Made by a program: the position numbers and the translations under genes. DNA of 64,000 nucleotides, taken from positions 941,867-1,005,866 of the forward strand of contig CAVYDL010000006.1 of the NCBI GenBank assembly GCA_963767275.1, written 5' to 3'. Below the pieces are notes generated by a model. It was given only the letters and a program-made list of their open reading frames with translations. It had not been told where the DNA came from and did not search any database. Shown piece by piece: positions 49,025-61,220 of this stretch; within the stretch, counting starts at the first letter, position 1, and every line of letters begins with the position of its first letter. The DNA comes from an uncultured delta proteobacterium. Its GTDB lineage: Bacteria > Desulfobacterota > Binatia > UBA9968.

Positions 49025-49982
49025 ACGCGGCTATCGTGTCACGGTCTTAGATGATCTGAGCGGTGGATTTGCGGAGAATGTCCAGCAGAAAGCTAGGTTG
49101 ATCCAAGGTAGCGTAACCGACGAAAATCTAATTAAAGTTATCTTCTTTAGAGAAAAGTTTGATTATGTCTTTCACCTGGCTGCATATGCTGCGGAAGGGC
49201 TCAGTCATTTCATTAAGAGATTTAACTATGAAAATAATCTTATAGGTAGCGTCAATCTCATCAATGCGTCGATAAACCACCACGTGAAATGTTTTATCTT
49301 TACGTCGTCCATCGCAGTTTACGGAAAGAACCAGACTCCCATGGTTGAAGATATGATCCCGCTGCCGGAAGATCCTTATGGAATCGCGAAGCTGGCAGTG
49401 GAACACGAATTGCGGGTGAGCCAAGAAATTTTCGGGCTCGATTATGTCATCTTCAGGCCGCACAATGTCTATGGCGAACGCCAAAACATCGGGGATCGAT
49501 ACCGCAATGTAGTCGGCATTTTTATGAACCAGATCATGCAGGGTCAACCTATGACTATTTTCGGCGATGGAGAGCAGACCCGCGCATTCACATATGTTCA
49601 AGACATTGTACCGGTCCTGGCTGAAGCACCGCTCAACCCACTTGCGCGAAACCGGGTCTTTAACGTTGGAGCAGATACGCCTTATACGGTCAATGAACTG
49701 GCCAGGAGCACGGCAATTGCGATGGGCGTTCCGGCGAGGATAAAATATTTGGATGAGAGAAATGAAGTTAAGCACGTGATTGGTAATCATAATCGTCTCC
49801 ACGAAATCTTTGGATATCGAGCACGGCTTCCATTAGAAGCGGGTCTCGAGAGAATGGCACGCTGGGCCCGTTCGGTCGGACCCCGGCAGAGCAAGCTTTT
49901 TGATAAGGTGGAAATCGATAAGAATATGCCAAAGAGCTGGCAAGAAGAGTTGGTTTCGGCGCGCATGTGTATGGGAAGATGA
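48951..49982 (+). CDS. NAD-dependent epimerase/dehydratase (extended SDR; GalE/WbpP-like nucleotide-sugar epimerase)
   Basis: '[35 protein letters not shown]' and a YxxxK catalytic pair ('DPYGIAK'). Confidence 0.85.
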   Translation: [343 protein letters not shown]

Positions 49983-50965
49983 GAATTTTGGTGACAGGTG
50001 GCACCGGGTTTGCCGGAAGCCGTCTCGTAAATCGACTATTGGAGAGAGGCCATGAAGTCCGCGTGATGGATAATCAGCGCGGCCTATTCTATCAGGAGCT
50101 TAAAGCCAAGGGCGCCGTTATCGAACTAGGAAGTGTCACGGATAAGCAGCTGGTGGACAAACTGGTGAGAGGGTGCGATGTGGTACATCATCTCGCCGCG
50201 GCGTTTAGGCAATTAAACGTCCCCAAGCGGTACTATTGGGATGTAAATGTAGAAGGAACCCGCAATGTTGTCAGTGCAGCCCTTCGATTCGAGGTAGGAA
50301 GGGTCGTTTACTGCAGCACGCAGGGGGTGCACGGCCATATAACGCAACCGCCGGGAAACGAACAGTCGCCGATAGCGCCAGAGGATTACTATCAACTGAC
50401 GAAGTACGAAGGCGAGAAAGTAGTGGCTGAATATTCGGACAGAGGGCTTAATGCCGTAACGCTTCGTCCGACCGCTATTTATGGCCCCGGAGACCCAGAA
50501 AGATTTCTTATCCTTTTTCGACTTGTGAAACGGAAGTCGTTTCTGATGTTTGGTGATGGCAAGACCTTCTATCATCCAGTGTACATCGACAACTTGGTGG
50601 ATGCATTTGAGCTCGCGGGCTCGAAAAATAGCATTCGCGGTCAAACGTATATTATTGCGGATGAGCACTATTACTCCTTAAACGACCTAGTTCAGCATAT
50701 TGCTGACGCTTTAGGAGTCTCGATCCAAATCCGGCATCTTCCATTTCTGCCACTGTGGTCCGCTGCCGTGCTATGTGAGATCGCCTGTAAACCTCTCCGC
50801 CTTAGACCGCCGCTTTTCCGCCGGCGTGTCGACTGGTTTCGGCAGGTTCGTGCCTTTAGCATCGACAAGGCTAAGGGCGAGCTAGGATACGAGCCGAAGT
50901 TGGGCTTAAGAGAAGGTTTGGCCTTAACCGCTCGCTGGTACGAGAAGCAAGGCTACCTGGCCTGA
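49979..50965 (+). CDS. NAD-dependent epimerase/dehydratase (extended SDR), second copy
   Basis: 'MRILVTGGTGFAGSRLVNRLLERGHEVRVMD' and 'YYQLTKYEGEK' (YxxxK). Its start overlaps the upstream stop as ATGA. Confidence 0.8.
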   Translation: MRILVTGGTGFAGSRLVNRLLERGHEVRVMDNQRGLFYQELKAKGAVIELGSVTDKQLVDKLVRGCDVVHHLAAAFRQLNVPKRYYWDVNVEGTRNVVSAALRFEVGRVVYCSTQGVHGHITQPPGNEQSPIAPEDYYQLTKYEGEKVVAEYSDRGLNAVTLRPTAIYGPGDPERFLILFRLVKRKSFLMFGDGKTFYHPVYIDNLVDAFELAGSKNSIRGQTYIIADEHYYSLNDLVQHIADALGVSIQIRHLPFLPLWSAAVLCEIACKPLRLRPPLFRRRVDWFRQVRAFSIDKAKGELGYEPKLGLREGLALTARWYEKQGYLA

Positions 50966-50975
50966 GAAGCAGCCA

Positions 50976-52754
50976 ATGATAGTATTAGGTATTACCGACG
51001 GCGACGATAGTGGAGCATGCATTATAGGCGACGGAGTTGTACTTGCCGCGGTGAATGAAGAACGCTTGAACCGTAAGAAGCAGGTGATTGGCTTTCCATC
51101 GCTGTCGATTGAAGAAGTCATTCGACTGAGCGGCATACAAGCCGCGGACGTCGAAGCCGTGGGCGTGGCGGCAATAAGCGAAAAGTTCAATCCGCAACCC
51201 TTAGAAAACAACGGATGGTTTAGAACGAAGGAGGGTTTCGTAAAACGCTTTCGCGACGACGTCTCCTCAGCTCTAGCTCCTTATGTGGGAGACTACGGAT
51301 TGGCCAAAAAGATCTATCATCGCATGCGGGTAAGAATCAGCCACCAACGGCGAGCAGGTGTTCCTAGGCTCCTGCGGGACCTCGGCGTTAATGCCCCGAT
51401 TCGTTATTACAATCATCACCTGTGTCATGCGCTTTCTGCTTATCACACGAGCGGCTTCGAATCGGCGCTCACTTTGACACTGGACGGCGGGGGAGATGGC
51501 TCATGTTCCCATACGTATCTAGCCGATGGGCGGTCATTTCGGCGTCTATCGACTCTGGACAGTTTTCATTCTATCGGAAACTTCTACGCTTATGTTACTT
51601 ATCTGTGCGGATTCAAGCCTGCCATTCATGAAGGGAAAATTACCGGACTGGCCGCCTACGGGCGGCCTGAATATGAGGATCTCTTCAGCCGCTTAATAGG
51701 CTACCGCGATGGACAAATCATCAATACCGGAAACGTTTATCGTTGGAGCGCCATTCGTGAGATTAAACGGATGCTGCCGCCATCCTTCAAATTGGAAGAT
51801 CTTGCCGCAAGTATTCAGACGGTTCTCGAAAAAACTACCCTGGACTATGTTCGGCATTGGATCGGACGATCCGGAGCGAGGAATGTCGCGCTCGCGGGAG
51901 GAGTATTCTCCAATGTCAAGTTGAATCAGATGATCGCCGAGCTCCCTGAGGTCGACGCGCTCCATGTATTTCCGCAAATGGGAGACGGAGGGTTGGCCGT
52001 CGGCGCAGCTTATGCTTTCCCAGCGCCGAACGGGCGCGGCGAAATGTTCACCCGCCGCCTAGAAAACGTGTATCTTGGGCCGGCTTATACTGACACGGAA
52101 ATGCGCGGCGAATTGGATGCGGCCGGTCTCGTCTATGTGCACCACCATGACGTGGAAAGGCAAATCGCCAAACTTCTCGCGGCGGGAAAGGTTGTAGCTC
52201 GGTTCGATGGCAAGATGGAGTTTGGCCCGAGGGCTTTGGGAAATCGCTCGATTTTATACGGGCCGACAGATCCGACGATCAACGACTGGTTGAATAAGCA
52301 ACTGAAGCGAACAGAGTTCATGCCCTTTGCGCCTTCTGTTCTGGCGGAGTATGCCGACCAATGTTTCAAAACCAGCAAAACGAGCTCTCACGCTACTCGA
52401 TTCATGACGATGACTCTTAGTTGCACTGATTGGATGAAACGAAATTGCCCCGCGGTTGTCCATGTGGACGGCACCGCTAGACCGCAAATGGTAGATCAAC
52501 AGACCAGCCCGAGTTTCTACACAATCATCAACGAATTTCGGAAACTTACGTCTTTACCCTGCGTTATCAATACCAGCTTCAACATGCATGAAGAGCCTAT
52601 CGTCTGTAGTCCACGCGATGCCATCCGCGCTTTCAAGCTCGGCCGCCTGGATTATTTGGCGATGGGCAACCTTGTAGTCAAGAATCCGGCTCTATCGCTA
52701 GATTCTTTGATCCCAGACAGGCGATCCGTGGGCGGCCTTCAACCCACTTACTAG
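50976..52754 (+). CDS. NodU/CmcH-family O-carbamoyltransferase
   Basis: 'MIVLGITDGDDSGACIIGDGVVLAAVNEERLNRKKQVIGFP' is Carbam_trans_N. The 592-aa length and C-terminal 'HVDGTARPQMVDQQTSP' (Carbam_trans_C) agree. Confidence 0.85.
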   Translation: MIVLGITDGDDSGACIIGDGVVLAAVNEERLNRKKQVIGFPSLSIEEVIRLSGIQAADVEAVGVAAISEKFNPQPLENNGWFRTKEGFVKRFRDDVSSALAPYVGDYGLAKKIYHRMRVRISHQRRAGVPRLLRDLGVNAPIRYYNHHLCHALSAYHTSGFESALTLTLDGGGDGSCSHTYLADGRSFRRLSTLDSFHSIGNFYAYVTYLCGFKPAIHEGKITGLAAYGRPEYEDLFSRLIGYRDGQIINTGNVYRWSAIREIKRMLPPSFKLEDLAASIQTVLEKTTLDYVRHWIGRSGARNVALAGGVFSNVKLNQMIAELPEVDALHVFPQMGDGGLAVGAAYAFPAPNGRGEMFTRRLENVYLGPAYTDTEMRGELDAAGLVYVHHHDVERQIAKLLAAGKVVARFDGKMEFGPRALGNRSILYGPTDPTINDWLNKQLKRTEFMPFAPSVLAEYADQCFKTSKTSSHATRFMTMTLSCTDWMKRNCPAVVHVDGTARPQMVDQQTSPSFYTIINEFRKLTSLPCVINTSFNMHEEPIVCSPRDAIRAFKLGRLDYLAMGNLVVKNPALSLDSLIPDRRSVGGLQPTY

Positions 52755-52784
52755 CCGAGCGGTCAGCAATCACCAGTCAATCGA

Positions 52785-54552
52785 ATGGGCGCTATATATG
52801 GCATTGTCGGGGAGACGAGTCGCTCCGCGGTTCGTTCCATGGGCGAACGCCTCACGCATCGCGGCGCGGTAGCAGCGGAGTGGACACTCTCGCCAACGGT
52901 TCATCTGGGGCAGCGGTTCGAGGACGATCAGATAGTTTCATCGAAGCACCACTGCATAGTTTTCGACGGTTTTATCAATAACCTTAACGAGCTTATCAAG
53001 CTTCTGGGTAGAACCCATCCTCCTGCGGAGGCGGATCCCGCAGAGATTGTCTTCGATATCGTTCATAAGTTTGGGGTCAATGGGTTTCAGTTCCTACAAG
53101 GGCATTTTGCAGTCGCGATATGGGACGAAAAAAATCACTGCCTCATTCTGGCGCGCGACCGGGTGGGAGGGCGCCCGCTGGTTTATGCGCAACTGCCGCA
53201 TTGCTTTCTATTCGCAAGCGAGTACAAGGCGCTGTTGGCTATCGATGAATTGCCCGCGCAGCCCAACCGGGATGCCATTCAATACGTGCAATGTACGAAG
53301 ACTGCGCATGTCCACGCCTGCTGTCTGGAAGGAGTCTATCAAGTTCCCCCCGGGCATTGGCTGAAAGTCGATGATAGCGGTATAGAACGCATCAGATATT
53401 GGGATATCGCCCTTCCGGTGTCGAAAGCGTCGGAACGCATGCAGGTAGTGGCTTTTCGGAAAGCTTTTGACCAGGCCGTCCAGAAACAAATCACAGGCTA
53501 TGATGAGATCGGCGTCGCGCTTAGTGGCCTAGATTCCGCAGCGACGCTTGCCGGGTTGCGGCAAACCGCACCGTCGCGAGTTGTCCATACCTTTACGGCA
53601 GGTTTCGGGCCGGACGATATGGACTTGGTCCTTTGCTCAGAGTTGGCGCGTCATTTTAGAACCATTCATCACGAAATTGTGCTCCAGGCCAACGATCTTG
53701 AGGAGATCTTACCTTATTTGGTTTGGCTCATGGGAGATCCGGTGGGAAGGGAGGACAAGCCTTATCTTTTCGTCACTAATCGTGAGGCGGCAAAGTATGT
53801 CAAACTGTTACTGACCGGATATTATTCGGATTATCTCTTTGGCGGCATGCCCCGTCACAAACTTGTAAAGGCTGCCGCGATGCCGTTATTATCGCGTCCG
53901 ATTGAGGAGTTTTACCGGTTTACTCAAACCGGAGAGATGCCCGATTCATTGTTCGGCCGCTCTCTGGTGAGACTGTATTTCCGCGGCAAGGACTATCCTC
54001 CCCCGACTGTCATCGGCGCGAACGGCTTTCCTGCGCTGGATCCCCTGCGTTGCAACAATGGGCAGCCCTTAAACACGCACCTGCGAAGTCAGATTTTTGC
54101 GAATCCGGGCTTTGCCTCGGGAGAATCTATTTACGCTGCATTTGGCCTTTCCTACAATTCCCCGTTTATGGATCCGTCTGTCATCCAAGCCGCGTTCGAA
54201 ATTCCCGATTGCCTGAAAATGCCCGCTTTTAACGGCAAATACATCCTTCGCAGGGCATTTTCCGGACTGCTTCCGGAATCTATTTTAAGGCAGAGAAAAA
54301 CGCTTCTGCGACTAAAGCACGATGAGCGCTTTGCTCGCATTCTGGATTCCTTGGCAGAACGATTTCTCTCGCTCGACGTCGTGTGCTTCCAGGGGTCTTT
54401 TTGAGCGCAGCTACATCGAGCAACTGCGCCGAAAAAGACGTCACCCCTACTCCAGCGAGCGCGGATACCGTCTATGGTCGATAATCCTAACCGAGATATG
54501 GTGTCGCATATATCTGGACCACCGAGGCGTTTCGGCTGAAATGACGGTTTAG
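52785..54552 (+). CDS. Asparagine-synthase-like amidotransferase, copy 2. It lacks the catalytic N-terminal Cys (Gly2 instead) and has a frameshift near 54380-54410.
   Basis: 'MGAIYGIVGE' stands in place of MCGI. The AsnB core 'GVALSGLDSAATLAGL' (PP-loop) is present. The C-terminal 'ERSYIEQLRRKRRHPYSSERGYRLWSIILTEIW' is in the next frame. Confidence 0.7.
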
Positions 54553-55781
54553 CTGCCGGAGCTTGCCGGCTGTTCTTCAAGAAGAGGCCTGGCAATGTAA
54601 GAACAGACATAGATACGGCCGATCCAACCAAGCCCGACGCCATAGATCACTCCGGTAAGTCCCCAGGCGGCGCCTAAAATGGCGCCGGCGGCGCCCACAA
54701 GCACCGATATCCACATCAGTAGATTTAGGTAAATTAATTCGCGTTCACCGCCGAGCGCGGTAGCCGTCGCTTTGCCGATACCGCCGAGTACCTTTAAGAC
54801 TCCTGTAACAATCCCGGCCATCACCAGTCCGGAAGATAGTTCGTACTGTTCGGAAAGAAACCCATGAACAACAAGCGGCGCGAAGTAAAGAATCGCAACA
54901 CTTACAAGCAAAATGAGTAAGAGTGCACTCATCAGCTCTTGGGTGACGAGCCGGCGCCGCTCACTTGCTAACATTGTCGTGCAAAGCTTCGGAAAAAGCG
55001 TGTACCCGACGCCCAATTGGAGAACTCGAAACGGTCCGATGACCACCGCGGCGAGAATTCCGAATACGGCCAAGTCTTCGAGCGGAAGAAGTTTCGGGAT
55101 AAGGAGCCTTTCCAACTGCAATAGGAGCAACGCTGATGCATTGATTCCCGCATACGGCAAACTCTCGCGCCAGGAAAAACAGAGCACAGAATTGTCAGCG
55201 AAAGCTCTCTGCTTGAACAGTTGCCACCAGCCCAAGCTTGCGGCCAAGCCGTAACCGACAACCATGAGGCCGACGGGCAATTGAGGGCTTTGATGCATAA
55301 GAAACGCCACAGTTAGCGAAGCAAGCAGCAAAAAGGCATTGCAGATATGTGCAGTTGACAGCGACCACATGAAACGTTGGGCGTTTTGAAACTTTGCAGC
55401 CGCAACAGTCGTGGCACCCCCGGCGATGGTGCCCGTAAGAAGCCACAGCACCATCGCCGAACTGAGGTCATAAATGAGAGCAGCCAAAATTGCCATGCCG
55501 AACCCTACTGCGGCCGATGTAATAAGGGTACGGATTAAAAGCCATGGTCCGGGAACAATGGACTTGCGGTTGACCACACCATCTATGCCTGCGGGGGCAA
55601 CTAACGCGCCTAAGTTCAACAAGGTAATCGCAAGAGTGGCCAGCGCATACTCAAGAATCGGCAGGTAGTGCGCTAACAAAAGATTTGCCAATGCGACTGC
55701 TAAACTAGAGAAAGCAAAGAATATAGAGTTATAAAAAGTTCTTGATGAAAGAAACGATCTCCATGCAGAGTCCTGATTCAT
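54549..55781 (-). CDS. Polysaccharide-biosynthesis flippase-like (Wzx/PST-type MOP superfamily) membrane protein
   Basis: 410 aa with ~12 hydrophobic segments. The first periplasmic region shows the Wzx-like pattern (FSSLAVALANLLLAHYL...). No soluble domain. Confidence 0.6.
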   Translation of the reverse strand: MNQDSAWRSFLSSRTFYNSIFFAFSSLAVALANLLLAHYLPILEYALATLAITLLNLGALVAPAGIDGVVNRKSIVPGPWLLIRTLITSAAVGFGMAILAALIYDLSSAMVLWLLTGTIAGGATTVAAAKFQNAQRFMWSLSTAHICNAFLLLASLTVAFLMHQSPQLPVGLMVVGYGLAASLGWWQLFKQRAFADNSVLCFSWRESLPYAGINASALLLLQLERLLIPKLLPLEDLAVFGILAAVVIGPFRVLQLGVGYTLFPKLCTTMLASERRRLVTQELMSALLLILLVSVAILYFAPLVVHGFLSEQYELSSGLVMAGIVTGVLKVLGGIGKATATALGGERELIYLNLLMWISVLVGAAGAILGAAWGLTGVIYGVGLGWIGRIYVCSYIARPLLEEQPASSGS

Positions 55782-55941
55782 AGTCCCTTCACTGATTCTC
55801 GTAAAACTTTGCTTTAAGTATCAAGAAAGCGAAAACCGATCATCAGAGCAATTTTGTTTATTTCTTTGCCTGGCCTAATTCAAGCCGTGAAGACTGCGCG
55901 CTGCCCAAGTCCACGGACGACTGCAGTCGCATATGCGCTGA

Positions 55942-56589
55942 TTGTTGTCGATCCTGTTATTGTGGCCATTCGACTTCCATATGCCTTTTTCAATAAATCA
56001 CGTTAGATGGATCCAGGGAATGAACGGTATAGAGTTCGTTGGTCCTGGAGCCATTCAGTTGTGCTCATCCGCCAACGCTTTGCACAGCGCGTTGCTTTCA
56101 GGCAATGGCCTAACTATCGAGGTCTGGGCGGCTACCAGGACCAATGACCAAGAGGGTCCTGCGCGGATCGTGTCTTATTCCAAGAATACGCGGTTAAGAA
56201 ATTTCAGCCTTGGCCAGGCGCACGGTGATCTTGTCATGCGCCTGCGAACATCCGAGAGCGACATAAACGGAACAGATCGCGTTCTAATCGGCAAAAGCTT
56301 GTTCCGACCCAACGAGCCTCAGCATGTCACGGTCACCTATGATTTCTCTCAACAACAAATCTATGTCGATGGCGACATGCGCTTGCGCACGACGATGCCG
56401 TGGGGCAGATTTGCAACATGGGATCCGTCGTATTCTTTCGTAGTCGGCAATGAAGCTACCGGGAATCGTCCTTGGCTGGGTAAGCTTTTTTTACTGGCAG
56501 TCTACGATAGGGCCTTATCGGAGGACGAGATCCGGAGAAATTATGCAGCCGGCAGACTGATTGCACCGCAATCAAATCGGCGCCGGTGA
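55942..56589 (+). CDS. LamG-like (concanavalin-A-like) jellyroll domain protein
   Basis: 'NGLTIEVWAATRTNDQ...RIVSYS...NFSLGQ...LVMRL' is a LamG beta-sandwich pattern. It overlaps the next ORF by 29 nt in another frame. Confidence 0.45.
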   Translation: MLSILLLWPFDFHMPFSINHVRWIQGMNGIEFVGPGAIQLCSSANALHSALLSGNGLTIEVWAATRTNDQEGPARIVSYSKNTRLRNFSLGQAHGDLVMRLRTSESDINGTDRVLIGKSLFRPNEPQHVTVTYDFSQQQIYVDGDMRLRTTMPWGRFATWDPSYSFVVGNEATGNRPWLGKLFLLAVYDRALSEDEIRRNYAAGRLIAPQSNRRR

Positions 56590-57106
56590 ACGCGTTGAGC
56601 GAGGACTGCTTGCGCTTTACATATTCGCCGAGGGAAAGGGAAAGCAGGTTTTTAATCGCGGCGGGGAACTGCCTTCAGCTGATCTCGACATCCCCGCACT
56701 AATTAAAACTAGCGGCCGAGCGTATCTGACGAGTCCTTATGCCGAGTTTCGCTCGGAATCTCTAACATTCCGCCGGGCCATCGACATTAGCGGGAACATA
56801 TTTGTTTTCATCCCGTTTGGACTGCTCCTACATGGGGCGTTAACAGGGTGCTACCGTTCACCGCGTCAAAGAGTTGCGTGGGCTCTCGCGGCGGGAATTT
56901 TGTTCACGTTCACCATGGAATCATTGCAGTATTTTTCCCAGACAAGATATTCTTCAATGACCGACGTCATCGCCAATGCGATTGGCACGATTTTGGGCGT
57001 TGAGCATCGATACGCGCGCAGCGTGGCGGCAATAGCCGCAACAGGAACGGCGATGTCCAAGAGGGGCTTTGTCTTTGACGCTAAGGTTTTGCAAGAATTC
57101 GCTTAG
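56561..57106 (+). CDS. VanZ-like family membrane protein. It is possibly fused to the upstream LamG domain via a frameshift.
   Basis: 'FIPFGLLLHGAL' and 'ESLQYFSQTRYSSMTDVIANAIGTILG' are VanZ signatures. Confidence 0.5.
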   Translation: MHRNQIGAGERVERGLLALYIFAEGKGKQVFNRGGELPSADLDIPALIKTSGRAYLTSPYAEFRSESLTFRRAIDISGNIFVFIPFGLLLHGALTGCYRSPRQRVAWALAAGILFTFTMESLQYFSQTRYSSMTDVIANAIGTILGVEHRYARSVAAIAATGTAMSKRGFVFDAKVLQEFA

Positions 57107-57794
57107 GTTGCTTTACGTCAGTGTAGCGGCTGCGGATATTGCTATTTTAGCCGCGTACTTCTTGCTGCGAACCCAGTCGTTTGGGCCTCTCAATTTCATT
57201 CGAGCGCAACTTGACCTTAGACATGAGAATGTTGCCGCCGTCTGGTACTCAGGCATAATTTTGTTTTTAACTAGCATAGCCGCGCTTTTCTGTTTTCATG
57301 TAGATTCTAGAATCAGGTCGTCTCCGAAATTAGGAAACACGTTGCGTTACGGTTGGCTTGTCATCGCGCTCATATTTGCGGGATTCTCATTTGACGAGAT
57401 CGGTTCGATACATGAGCGCTCTGATTTGATAGTGTCTGGAGCATCTTACACTCTGGGACTGGCAGGATGGGTAGGTGTGCTGTGGCCATTCATGGCGCTG
57501 GTGTTTTCCTATTTTGTTCTATTCTTTTATTTTTATCTTTCTCGCTCAAGGATCTCTCAAGTATTGGCTTTAATAGGCGGCGGGCTTCTAATATCCGTTC
57601 CAATTCAAGAGTTTTTAGAATCAAAATTGCGATTAGGAGGGCAAACGCGGGGAACTGTTCTGGGGATGTTAGAAGAAGGGTCAGAGATTATTGGCACTAC
57701 ACTTATTCTTATATCTTTCTTGGAGTTCGCCATCATGAGCAGCTGCATGGGACCTGCGAAGGGATTTGTTTCTCCGCGTCCGGAGATAACCTGA
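57069..57794 (+). CDS. Hypothetical polytopic membrane protein
   Basis: Multiple TM helices and no recognisable motif. It may continue into the next ORF via a frameshift. Confidence 0.35.
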   Translation: MSLTLRFCKNSLRLLYVSVAAADIAILAAYFLLRTQSFGPLNFIRAQLDLRHENVAAVWYSGIILFLTSIAALFCFHVDSRIRSSPKLGNTLRYGWLVIALIFAGFSFDEIGSIHERSDLIVSGASYTLGLAGWVGVLWPFMALVFSYFVLFFYFYLSRSRISQVLALIGGGLLISVPIQEFLESKLRLGGQTRGTVLGMLEEGSEIIGTTLILISFLEFAIMSSCMGPAKGFVSPRPEIT

Positions 57795-58420
57795 TTCAGA
57801 TTAGAATCAGCGATCACTTCGTTAAACTGACCTATTCCGTACTTGTGCTGTCAGCTATAGCAGCGTTGGCTATGGCCTGGTTTTTAGTTCCGCATTTAAG
57901 CGATTTACATCATCGTGGCAATCCAAGTGTATGGCATCCTAGCGTAGCCTTATTCGTTGCTGGTGTTGCAGCTTTTATCAATTTTTCGTTAGAATGTAAG
58001 AGTAAAAACCACCTGCTTGGGTACTCGTTCAAATGGACGTGGGTTCTGGTGGGGATAGTTTGTTTATGGTTCTCGGTTGAGTTTGAGTCCGGTATTAACA
58101 CCGCAATCTATGCCTCTATAAAATCTCTTTCAGATATGTTGTTTATTTCGGCTCGACGTGGCGAAATACTACTTTCGGTAACTATCCTTACTATGGGTTT
58201 CGCTGCGTTTTTTGCTCTTTTTGGCATCAATTTCAATCGTGCAGGTCAATGGTTATTTTGCCTGGGCATCGTATCATGGGCAGGAGTTTTTACCACTGGT
58301 TCGTGGGAGACCAAAGAAGCGCTAAAGATTTTGAGTCCCTCCCTATTTTTAGTGTCCTTTATCGAGTCCATGAAATGTCTTTACGTTCAAGTTTCTCATA
58401 CGACTTCAAACGCAGGTTAA
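57467..58420 (+). CDS. Hypothetical polytopic membrane protein. The true start is probably ~57875 or a frameshift continuation of the previous ORF.
   Basis: Hydrophobic segments 'LVLSAIAALAMAWFLV', 'VALFVAGVAAFINF', 'WVLVGIVCLWF' and others. Confidence 0.3.
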   Translation: MGRCAVAIHGAGVFLFCSILLFLSFSLKDLSSIGFNRRRASNIRSNSRVFRIKIAIRRANAGNCSGDVRRRVRDYWHYTYSYIFLGVRHHEQLHGTCEGICFSASGDNLIQIRISDHFVKLTYSVLVLSAIAALAMAWFLVPHLSDLHHRGNPSVWHPSVALFVAGVAAFINFSLECKSKNHLLGYSFKWTWVLVGIVCLWFSVEFESGINTAIYASIKSLSDMLFISARRGEILLSVTILTMGFAAFFALFGINFNRAGQWLFCLGIVSWAGVFTTGSWETKEALKILSPSLFLVSFIESMKCLYVQVSHTTSNAG

Positions 58421-58445
58421 AGAAGAATCTGCTTCGCACCTCGAT

Positions 58446-59057
58446 TTGACGCAAATGGCTACTTCATTGGGTCACTACTTGTTGGGCCTTTCGATCACGC
58501 GCGCTGTGGCTTCTAACAATACCGAGAAAAGCAGAGGGCTGTGGTTGGCTTTGATTGCTTGTGTGCCTGACCTCGATGTCATTCCGGGTTTCTTTGTCGG
58601 TAAACTGGGTCAATTCCATCATGGCATCACCCACAGCTTTGCGGCTGCGCTGATTTTTTCGGTGATCACTTGGGTTTTATTCAGACCGAGGGGCGAAAGG
58701 TCTCTGAAGCTAAGTATTCTCGTTTTTTTTCTTTACGCGTCCCATGTCGTCCTGGATTATTTCACTATGGATACGGGGGCTCCATATGGAGTTCCGCTCT
58801 ACTGGCCTATATCTCATGACACCTACCAGTCGCCGTGGGCTTTGCTGCCGAACGTTCAACACACGCGCGCCCCTCTTTTCAGCGCGCACAATGTCTTGCT
58901 GATGGTCCGAGAGGGAGTAATCTTTCTTCCTCTAATCGGATTTATCCGTGCATTGAACCATTCTCAAACCGCTTGTCGAGTACGAAGCGCGTGGCTCTAC
59001 GGCGGGTGGTTTATCATTGCGGTCTGGGCTTCGCTGGTTTCTCTTCACGAGGGGTAG
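58446..59057 (+). CDS. Membrane-bound metal-dependent hydrolase (YdjM/DUF457-like)
   Basis: 'LGHYLLGLSI...HHGITHSFAAALIF...HVVLDYFT' is the His-rich pattern of the YdjM family. Confidence 0.55.
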   Translation: MTQMATSLGHYLLGLSITRAVASNNTEKSRGLWLALIACVPDLDVIPGFFVGKLGQFHHGITHSFAAALIFSVITWVLFRPRGERSLKLSILVFFLYASHVVLDYFTMDTGAPYGVPLYWPISHDTYQSPWALLPNVQHTRAPLFSAHNVLLMVREGVIFLPLIGFIRALNHSQTACRVRSAWLYGGWFIIAVWASLVSLHEG

Positions 59058-59097
59058 CCCACACTATTCCTGGTAATTTCGGCAGTTAAATACGTAA

Positions 59098-60966
<1,869 letters not shown>

Positions 60967-61220
60967 CTCGGACGCTACAACCAGGAAAACCTTCGACCCT
61001 CTGGTGCTACGTGTCATCCCACAAAAGTAAAATGTTGAATTAAGGTACCGGTACGAAATGTATGTTTCGTGCGCGGCACTTTGTTTGACTTGCGCTGCTG
61101 ATCTCACAAGCAACGCGCTCTTGAATATTCATCGACAGTGGCTTTGCCCTAATTACGGCGATTAAATCCCGCCCGCGAATAGCGTCGTTTAATTGACTCA
61201 TACAGCTCAAGGAAAAGTAA

